NCBI RefSeq assembly: GCF_006345805.1
Contig: NC_042997.1
Coordinates: 189,844,001 to 189,908,000, forward strand
Direction of reading: 5' to 3'
DNA length: 64,000 nucleotides
Source of the DNA: Octopus sinensis
Taxonomy: Eukaryota
A program made the translations under genes and the position numbers. Within the stretch, counting starts at the first letter, position 1. The number at the start of each line of letters is the position of its first letter. Below, in pieces: positions 54,179 to 64,000 of the stretch. The notes beneath the pieces were generated by a model, which had not been told where the DNA came from, made no database searches, and saw only the letters and a list, made by a program, of their open reading frames with translations.

Positions 54179-56146
54179 TATATATAGGGATTTACAAAAC
54201 TGTTTCATATATGAGACACGGTATTTAAGTTAACACACCAAAGCTTTTTTGTATCCTTATGTTTATTTGATGTGGAATGGGGGATAGTAAAATCGGTGAA
54301 GTACTTGGCGAAATGCTTATATATTTAATTATGACTTCAAATCCTACCAAAGTCGATTTTGACTATCATACGTCCAGGACGATAAAACAAGCACCAGTCA
54401 GGTTTTCAGATCGATTAAATCGATGAAGCGTCTGTCTCAAATTTGTGTCCAGCTGTCTATGCCAGAAATAATAATTTTTTTTTGCTAAATGAGATCTGAT
54501 ATAATATGATTTAAAGTTGTCAATGTAGCAGAAAATATATTTAATGTAGCTTCGTATGAATCACTTCTCCCCAAATACTGGGTTTAAAACCGGCAATTAC
54601 ATTGGTATATCTGAGGCCTGAACTTCAAATAAAGACAAGTCTGATCATATAAATCAAGATTTACTCTCATAGAACTTTGGAGTGATTATCGATTCAATTA
54701 AATGAATTCCCATATTCGTAGCAATGTATTATTAAAGTAGCATGCATTAAAGATTCAAACGATCTCTACTGGCTATTTAACCTAAGAAACTGTAATACTA
54801 AAACAGTGAAGAAAAAACAAGATGTTGCTAAAATTCTAATGAGTAACAGGAATGAAAACCAATTTAATAAAGCAAGAATTTCAGATGCTTAACGCACTAT
54901 AAATGCAATGATGCGGATCTATGGGCAGAATTTGTAGAAGATTAGACAAAATGCATTCCAGGATTTAGTTTTGGGCTTTTTAGTTCTGAATTCAGTTTAC
55001 CACAAGATCAAATTTGCTTTTCCTCATTTGGTGCCAGTAAAATCAATAAGTATCAGGAGACAGTAATTAATATAATCGATCTTGGTGTCCAACATAATAT
55101 AGAACTGATCACATTTCTTTGCAGAATGTTAAAAGGCTTACGAGCATTAATGGGTGAATAAATAAGTAGTAAAAATTACATGCTATGTTGCTCAATAAAC
55201 GTCAACGTCGAAGTTGGTAATTAACAGCAAACCAACCGAAAGTTTGACGTATATTGTTACCATCATTGAATCCATGGCGAAAGTATTAAGACCTCAGACA
55301 CTTTAGTTTAATTAAATAGGTATCAGAGAGTGGGGAGAATGCCCTGATTTAAACATTACAAATGACAGGTGTTTATGAGCTGTTATTAACCTTTTCTTTG
55401 AGAGAAGGCTGGAGAGGGATAGGCTCTACTAATTAATCATCAGCGGCATCCCTAAACTTATGACTTGACGAATTTGTCAGCTTGTACCAACGATAAAGAG
55501 TCTTAGCTAAATACCATAAAATATGTGGTCACGGCAAGCGACTGTTTCTTTCATTGCTTCACTCCAATGTAACAAATGTGAAAACCAGAACAAATTCCTA
55601 AAATGCAAAAACTCTACATATTTCCCCGAAAAGAAATTCTAGAAATGAAATTTGAACACGACTACAAATTAAATATATTTATGATACATTTAGATAACTA
55701 TCACAAAAAGAAGACCTTGAAAATGCTAACCAAAGAAGAAAAGTTTGGAAGAACCAAAAAGAAGTAGTTCGAAATAATAGAATATCAAAGTTGTAGTTTA
55801 GCTCCAGGTCAGCGCTTAATTGTACTGAGATATGATCATAGACATTCTAGCCGCGACCATCTCGTTTAGCTTCCAAACATAGTGTATCTAAAATTATATT
55901 ATTCAATATCGTCTTTTGTTATGATAAGTAAGGGATATTTGACGTTGAAGATCAACGTCAAAGAGTTGTTATTAAAAGATGACGAAGACCCAGAATTCTC
56001 ATTCACATGAACTATGTCTAAAATGTGCTACATTTTCATAAAATTAATTATATATTAATGTCGTATAACAATGAAAAACTAATTGAAATACAGATAGGAA
56101 GAAAGTTTGGTTTATCTCAGTTTGGTTTCCGAAATAACAATATATA

Positions 56147-56227
<81 letters not shown>

Positions 56228-56232
56228 CATAT

Positions 56233-56287
<55 letters not shown>

Positions 56288-56292
56288 TGGTA

Positions 56293-57392
56293 AATCTGAA
56301 CTACAGTTTTTACCTCTGTAGAAATGTAATGCTCTATGACTCACGTGGGTGGACAGGGAGAATAATAGATCTCATTCGTATTTTTGGATTCGCTAGTACT
56401 GGGTGTCTGGCATAGTTTGTCCGATGTTACAGATATCGGACGGGTATGTTTGATTCTTAGTATTTTCAAATCTAAATAAGAAGAAATCTCTGAGCTGATG
56501 AAGGAAAAGTGGCGTTTTACCCACAAATCCAGAAACAGACTGTCCTCGGGTATCGTATATGGATGTGATCTTTCATTGTTTTTCCCTTATACCTATGTGA
56601 GTTATTTTCTGAGTATGCATTGTCTGGAGACTTTTATTTGCAGTTGAAGAAATAGCCATATTTTTGGCTGCTATTTCTGAAAAGTTCGGTGTGTGGTAAA
56701 GTGAATTTTTTTACTTTACCATATTTTTATAAATTAATACTTCAAATACACCGTAAATGGTCTTTACATACCGAATACTGCTTGGTCGAATTTATTAACA
56801 ATTAATTAATTCTACCCCCTTTTTTGATGACAATATAATGCTTTTCTCTCCAAGAATCTGAACTACAGTTTTTACCTCTGTAGAAATGTAATGCTCTATG
56901 ACTCACGTGGGTGGACAGGGAGAATAATAGATCTCATTCGTATTTTTGGATTCGCTAGTACTGGGTGTCTGGCATAGTTTGTCCGATGTTACAGATATCG
57001 GACGGGTATGTTTGATTCTTAGTATTTTCAAATCTAAATAAGAAGAAATCTCTGAGCTGATGAAGGAAAAGTGGCGTTTTACCCACAAATCCAGAAACAG
57101 ACTGTCCTCGGGTATCGTATATGGATGTGATCTTTCATTGTTTTTCCCTTATACCTATGTGAGTATTTTCTGAGTATGCATTGTCTGGAGACTTTTATTT
57201 GCAGTTGAAGAAATAGCCATATTTTTGGCTGCTATTTCTGAAAAGTTCGGTGTGTGGTAAAGTGAATTTTTTTACTTTACCATATTTTTATAAATTAATA
57301 CTTCAAATACACCGTAAATGGTCTTTACATACCGAATACTGCTTGGTCGAATTTATTAACAATTAATTAATTCTACCCCCTTTTTTGATGAC
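56293..57392. repeat. Near-identical tandem duplication (~539 bp x2, period ~562)
   Basis: Copies at 56293-56831 and 56855-57392; one 1-bp indel seen; 23-bp spacer. Confidence 0.95.
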
Positions 57393-57884
57393 TATATATA
57401 TATATATGTATACATATATATTAACAATTGAGGATAAATCTTTAAAAGAATTATCAGTAGTCAGCGTGAAAAACCTCGTAAGAGAAAAAATCCGTAAATT
57501 CTTCCTCTTTGAAAATATTCATTTATATTATATTGAGGGTACTACTATTCGTAGATACCAACACGCTAAGAGGGACCAATGCGGTCAAAACTACTAAAAA
57601 TAAACAAGATTTTACCGAATGCAAAACTTCAAAACACATCATTTTAAAAAAGAATTCAGTTACATATCACATGTGATTTCGCATTTAATGCAGAATATGC
57701 ATTTTTATGTTCATCAGTGCAACAAACTCAAGAAATATAAGAAAAAACATAACATTACAAACTCGATAGCCAACCGTAGAATTCGTCGTAGCTTGTACGA
57801 ATGTTTATCCTTACATATCTATGAAAATGGCGGGCTTTTCCGCAATGCTACCGAAATGCATTGCGGAAAAGCCCGGCATTTTTT

Positions 57885-58278
57885 TACTTCCCACAAGGGG
57901 CTAAACACATAGAGGACAAGCAAGGACAGACACGCGGATTAAGTCGATTACATCGACCCCAGTGCGTAACTGGTACTTATTTAATCGACCCCGAAAGGAT
58001 GAAAGGCAAAGTCGACCTCGGCGGAATTTGAACTCAGAACGTAGCGGCAGATGAAATACCTATTTCTATTTTTTTACTACTTACAAGGGGCTAAACACAG
58101 AGGGGACAAACAAGGACAGACAAACGGATTGAGTCGATTATATCGACCCCAGTGCGTAAGTGGTACTTATTTAATCGACCCCGAAAGGATGAAATGCAAA
58201 GTCGACCTCGGCGCAATTTGAACTCAGAACGTGACGGCAAACGAAATACAGCTAAGCATTTCACCCGGCGTGCTAACG
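57885..58278 (-). mobile_element. SINE group B dimer
   Basis: Head+body then body, with a gaaatac|ctatttc junction near 58059. Confidence 0.88.
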
Positions 58279-58504
58279 ATTCTGCCATCTCGCCGCCTTA
58301 GTGTTTCCGCTGCATAGTGTGTGGGCTGTTGTTTATGCAACAATGCATCATTTTCTGCACAATTTCGTTCAGGCTCGAAAGCTGCACAGAAAATTACGTC
58401 CGGTGTCATAATATGCAAAGAGGAAATACGAGTAGGTCGTCATCCCTATAAATAATATGTCGTATGACTGTAAAATAATAGGAAATAAATTTTGAGAAAG
58501 TACC

Positions 58505-58680
58505 AGGCGCAGGAGTGGCTGTGTGGTAAGTAGCTTCCTTACCAACCACATGGTTCCGGGTTCAGTACCACTGCGTGGCACCTTGGGCAAGTGTCTTCTA
58601 CTATAGCCTCGGGCCGACCGACCAAAGCCTTGTGAGTGGACTTGGTAGACGGAAACTGAAAGAAGCCCGTCGTATATATG

Positions 58681-58715
<35 letters not shown>

Positions 58716-58925
58716 CTGTGTTTGTCCCCCCACCATTGCTTGACAACCGATGCTGGTGTGTTTATGTCCCCGTCACTTAGCGGTTCGGCAAAATGAGACC
58801 GATAGAATAAGTACTGGGCTTACAAAAGAATAAGTCCCGGGGTCGAGTTGCTCGATTAAAGGCGGTGCTCCAGCATGGCCGCAGTCAAATGACTGAAACA
58901 AGTAAAAGAGTAAAAGAGTAAAGAG
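58505..58925 (+). mobile_element. SINE group C, full length
   Basis: Head ggcgcaggagtggctgtgtggtaag; internal microsatellite; (aaagagt)n tail. Confidence 0.92.
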
Positions 58926-59132
58926 AGTCCCCATATCATCTCTGCCGTTACAATTGTTGCTAGTATACACTCCAGATAATATTATTATCCAGTGAAGCGA
59001 ACCAGGGAATTACCCATCGGAGGAATTTACAGCGTGAGTGACAACTAGCAGTCATAGACTTTGAATACCTATCGATGCGTTTAGCCGTAACCTGGAACAT
59101 AAAAGAGGTACCATGTCTCCGCTCGGATAATA

Positions 59133-59273
59133 TTAGGTTGTCCCAAAAGTTCGTAAACACTTGCGAAAATTGAATTTTTACTCGCCAAGTACTAACAAAA
59201 ACAACAAAAATTATTCTTCAAAATAAAGACCATTATTTTCCAAGACTTTCTACGAACTTTTGGGACAACCTTA
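59133..59273. mobile_element. Mariner-type mini-MITE
   Basis: 21-bp perfect inverted repeats aggttgtcccaaaagttcgta (59135-59155, 59251-59271); TA flanks. Confidence 0.85.
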
Positions 59274-59310
59274 TATATCCCTCTAAACTCTTTTTCTCTC
59301 TGTCTCTCTG

Positions 59311-59379
<69 letters not shown>

Positions 59380-59388
<9 letters not shown>

Positions 59389-59644
59389 ACTGTTTTACTC
59401 TTTTGCTTGTTTTAGTCATTTGACTGCAGCCATGCTGGAGCACTGCCTTTAGTCGAGCAAATCGCCCCCCAAGACTTATGCTTTGTAAGCCTAATGCTTA
59501 TTCTATCGGTCTCTTTTGCCGAACTGCTAAGACACGGGGACGTAAACACACCAACAACGGTTGTCAAGCGATGTTGGCGGGACAATCACAGACACACAAA
59601 CATATACACACACATGCACATACACACACACACACACAAGCACA

Positions 59645-59677
<33 letters not shown>

Positions 59678-59865
59678 CACACACACACACACGTATATAT
59701 ATATACGACGGGTTTCTTTCAGTTTCTGCTTACCAAATCCACTCACAAGGGGCTTTGGTCGGCCCGAGGCTGTAGTAGAAGACACTTGCCCAAAATGCCA
59801 CGTAGTGGGACTGAACCCGGAACCATGTGGCTGGTAAGCAAGCTACTTACCACACAGCCACACGA
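59380..59865 (-). mobile_element. SINE group C, full length
   Basis: Reverse complement of the 58505-58925 family with a longer internal (CA)n. Confidence 0.9.
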
Positions 59866-61017
59866 ACAAACATGTATGTATGTATATCTTTCTCCAAAAT
59901 GTGTCTGTTAAATGTCTACTAGTTGAGTACGAAAGGACTTCAAATTCATTTGAGAAATGAAAGAAAAATATGATAACATTAATCAGTTTTATATTTTACT
60001 TTATATTTTAGGCTCTTTTTAGATGAAAGAGTACTGTAGAGTGGTTGCACATCCCTTGAACCAGTTAGCACACGCCGCTTCAAAAGATAGCAAGCAAATA
60101 AATGTCTTTGTTCATGCACGAACAATATATTCTACTTTAATATCAATTTCATTTTTTTTCCAGAGAAAAAAAGTAATATATTGAGATAACTGTAGAGCAT
60201 TGTACATAACTGATACAATACTGGGCATTTCCTAATTTTCAGAACCTTCTGATATACATTAATATATTAATATACAATGCATCATAACAATTTTATAACA
60301 AATTTTATGATTCACTCCTTTGGCAACGGATACTGAGGCAATCATAATACTGAATTAACCAGGCGGATAGTCACACCATGACATTATAGGAATGAAAATA
60401 GCAACAGAGTCATTGTGAAAAGCTTTCGACTTATAGCCCTGCATAATTGTGTTAAACCAACTAGAAAAACAAATATTTACTTCATTAACAAGCACAACGG
60501 GGCTGTATGTCCCTACAAGATATAAACAATCATTTGTGAAGTAATTAGATTTATATATGCCCTATGACAATAAAAAAAGAAATGTTTTGTATTATTAAGT
60601 TTGAGTTATTTTAAGTAAATTGAATGAATGCTTGTAATTATAGTTTCAGTCAACCTGAGAAATTAATTAAGCCTTCTTAAGGTATGTGTATATCCCACAA
60701 AATCATTAAGCAGGTGAAGTGTTTTGGATTAGGCATGTGGTCAAGTGCGGTGTCCTTTTGGTTCTATCGTTAACTTTGCTGGTAAGAAAATATGCGATGT
60801 CATCTCTAGGTAAAGCTGCTTTGAGAGGGCAGTGCTCCAGCACGGCCGCAGTCAAACGAGCAAAAAGAATGTATATATATAATCAAAATAATTACCTCTG
60901 GATATCTTTGTTGCTTATTTTGATTGTAATCACCCCATTTTGAATTATATGGATATCATACTAAATTCTGGTGCCTTTAACTTAAGTACCATATTCAACT
61001 GAATCTCTCTCTCTCTC

Positions 61018-61062
<45 letters not shown>

Positions 61063-61084
61063 TGTGTGTTTATATATATATGTG

Positions 61085-61144
<60 letters not shown>

Positions 61145-61149
61145 ATATA

Positions 61150-61284
61150 CGGCAAAAAGAGAATGGATGGGATACAAAAATGACATACATCAGCCGGTAT
61201 ACATTCTATTATGTCTATTTGTTCCAGAATGTCTACCGGCTGGTGTATGTAATTTTTGAATCCCCTCCATTTTCTTCTTGCTGC
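61150..61284. mobile_element. Small foldback MITE
   Basis: ~56-bp imperfect arms (61152-61207, 61226-61281) and an 18-nt loop. Confidence 0.8.
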
Positions 61285-61509
61285 ATAAATTAAGGGTAAA
61301 CCACATTTTATCCCCGCCCATATATGACACACGATTGCAAAATTGCCACGCAATAACCAGCACTTGGCTATTAATAATTGGGCACACTGTCAGCAGTGTA
61401 TTGGATAGGTACTATCCCTTAGTCCTTAGCTGGTTGGCTTCCCAACCTCTAACTCTCACGGAAATATATATATATGTGTTTGTGTTTGTGCGTGTAAATG
61501 AGTAACAGT

Positions 61510-61942
61510 AGAGGTACAGGTGTCAATCTATTACACCGTTTCTAACAACTCCTTTAATTGATTAATAAAAACATTACATCATTGTAAACAAATCTGTTTT
61601 CTTTCAGATGAATTCTTCAACTTCAAAATAAAGGTCATTCAAAATGATTTAACATAGTTTAAAATTCACGAAACAAAAACATTTACAGTGATTCTGCAAC
61701 TATTTCAGTTGACGGATTCTGTCAAACTTGGTACAGAATCCGTCAACTGAATTAGTAGCAGAATCACTGTAAATGTTTTTGTTTCCTGAATTTGAACTAT
61801 GTTAAATCATTTCGATTGTCCTTTATTTTGAAGTTCATGAATTCATCTGACGGAAAGAGTTTCTTTACCATGATGTAATGTTTTCAGTAATCAATTAAAG
61901 AAATCGTTAGAAACGGTGAAATTGATTGACACATGTACCTCT
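61510..61942. mobile_element. Large foldback palindrome / MITE
   Basis: ~210-bp imperfect arms centred on gacggattctgt-caaacttggt-acagaatccgtc. Confidence 0.85.
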
Positions 61943-62617
61943 CGTATGTAGTTTGACAGTGAAATTCTTAGAAAGTCGTGCAGAATAAACTCGTAGTTAT
62001 TATCAACCTAGTATTTAAATATAAATGTTGAACCAACAAATGGAAGAAAAATGCCAAACCCTTCACACAAAAGATAAAACAACGTAAAAGTAGGCATATG
62101 TAAATTAGCCTATTTAATTTAAATCCGCCTTCGGTTATCACGGGAGATAAATTAAATTAAAATCAATTTGGGATTTAAAAAATCAAGCTGGTAACTCGAG
62201 GTATATTGACAAAAAATTACAATAATAATAATCAGAAAAAATTTAAATAAGCTAAGTTATTTTATTTTCTGAAAAAGGAGTGAGAATATTGTAATTAGAT
62301 TATATTTGTCATTTAAATACTGAAAACTGCCAATTGTAATATCCACAATGATAAAACCGAAGATATTATCTTAGGATTGCTACATATATTATAGAAGTGC
62401 GGTGTTGTAGATTTTGATCACCTTCCCCAAAAATAGTGTAATATATTCATACACACGATATTACAAATCTAAATTCATATCTTTTAATGCACCAAAATAA
62501 TCGTACTAAGATAATCATATCTACTCTCTATTAATATTTATCATTATTATTCACAAAAGTGGTTTATAAATGTTCTATAGATAGTTATAATTAATATACT
62601 GAAGTAGTATATATATA

Positions 62618-62663
<46 letters not shown>

Positions 62664-62664
62664 T

Positions 62665-62929
62665 GTTAAGGCGCGTGGTTTAATGGTTAGGGCATTCGAC
62701 TCACGATTCTAAGGCGTTAGTGCCCTTGAGCAAGACACTTTGTTTCACGTTGTACCTGTATTTCGAAGGGCCTTGTCACATTCTGTGTCACGATGAATCT
62801 CCCCGAGAACTACGTTAGGGGTACACGCGTCTGGGGATTGCTCAGCCACTTGCACCTTATTTTCACGAGCAAGCTTGCTCCGTTGATCGTATCAGCTGGG
62901 ACCCTCGTCATCGTAACCGACGGAGTGCT

Positions 62930-62932
<3 letters not shown>
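62665..62932 (+). mobile_element. SINE group A (head A2-like, deleted, + tail W)
   Basis: Tail 'gagaactacgtta.gggt.cac...cgtaaccgacggagtgc' shared with 45381-45778. Confidence 0.8.
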
Positions 62933-62964
<32 letters not shown>

Positions 62965-62967
<3 letters not shown>

Positions 62968-63147
62968 TGATAGATCGTTAGCCACTACACACTTTTTTTC
63001 TCTCCTTGTTTTTTCTGTATCCCTTTCTGTAGAAGAGCGTAGGCTCGAAACGTAAAAGACTTTTTCTATTCCTGAGCGTTATACTAATACATCTGTTTGT
63101 TTTGTACACCACCTGTCTCCGTCTTTTGATTTTTTCGTAAACTCTCC

Positions 63148-63150
<3 letters not shown>
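62965..63150 (+). mobile_element. Penelope-terminus-like repeat with hammerhead-like motif
   Basis: Matches 28935-29120; (TA)n on both sides. Confidence 0.6.
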
Positions 63151-63206
<56 letters not shown>

Positions 63207-63804
63207 GTATAATAGTATTTACTTCATAATTTTCCTTTATGCTTATGTTGCCGTATTAACGAATGACATCTAAACGGTGTAACACTAAAACACCAATAAT
63301 AATTAACAACTAAATCTTATCCATTACTAGAAATTATCCAATAAAAAGCAATAAATCATGTTAATCATATATTTATACAATAAAACGTCAGAGATAATGC
63401 ATAAATATAGCACTCTTATACAAAAGTCGATTTCCTGATTCAGGTAATCTGACTGTATGGAATGCGTTCCATACATCTAAGATTATCAAATCCGGAAATT
63501 ACCAAAATAATGGAGAGCTGAATTCGCCATAAGGAACAGCTGAGTACTGGAGTTCGGAAAAATGCTACGTCACTCCGTAAGTAAGTAAAAGAATCGTGTT
63601 AATGTAACTGCCATAGGCAAGGAACTGCAATGTTACATTAATCAATGTACATATTCTGAGTCAGATCACAATGGAAGATTTCTATTATTGCCAGTTTGCA
63701 TATGCGTTACATATCATCCCTCGTACAGCCATACGGCTATAAATGAGATACTTCAACTCCTAGATAGGAAAAACTATAAAAAGTGACCTACATTTACGGG
63801 CGTT

Positions 63805-63866
63805 TCGAACTTGCTATCCCTCGACTGCGAGTCCGCTGCTCTAACCACTAGGCCATGTGCTTCCAC
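63805..63866 (-). mobile_element. SINE group A head fragment
   Basis: 'cgagtccgctgctctaaccactaggccatgtgcttccac'. Confidence 0.8.
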
Positions 63867-64000
63867 GTATCATGTTGTAGATTTCGCCAATTAATTTACG
63901 TGTCAATGTTGTCGAGAAGAGACATAAACATCGTTTTGGCCCTTTTACCCTTGATTCAACGAAACATCGAGTATGTGACAACTCTCAATCAGCTTAAAGG

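Noticed and set aside
54640-54800. CR1-like 'NFGVIIDS' peptide
   Set aside because: A single short motif in heavily decayed sequence; too weak to call.

Overview
AT-rich (roughly two-thirds AT by eye), microsatellite-dense eukaryotic DNA. The repeat families look like those of octopus or another cephalopod; this is my recognition, not a search result. I found no host exon or intact gene, so the window reads as intronic or intergenic, and most long ORFs in the track are translated (TA)n, (TG)n or (TATC)n repeats. Content: three abundant tRNA-derived SINE groups (called A, B and C here); decayed LINE fragments (RTE, CR1/Jockey-like, Penelope-like); a dead DD37D/maT-like transposon; two non-autonomous Helitrons; several foldback MITEs; and a young R4/Dong-type 3' end in a (TAA)n tract. 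The standout structure is at 35.4-41.15 kb: five head-to-tail 3' ends of an L1/Tx1-like LINE, each embedded in (TATC)n with an identical tail-less 3' junction. This is a candidate GATA/TATC-microsatellite-targeting retrotransposon whose array was then reshuffled at the DNA level. Secondary signals are SINE multimers each enclosed by a single target-site duplication (TSD), combinatorial SINE head/tail swapping, hammerhead-like motifs, an RTE with three C-terminal zinc fingers, and a decayed XPG/FEN1-like nuclease ORF. All coordinates and alignments were done by eye.
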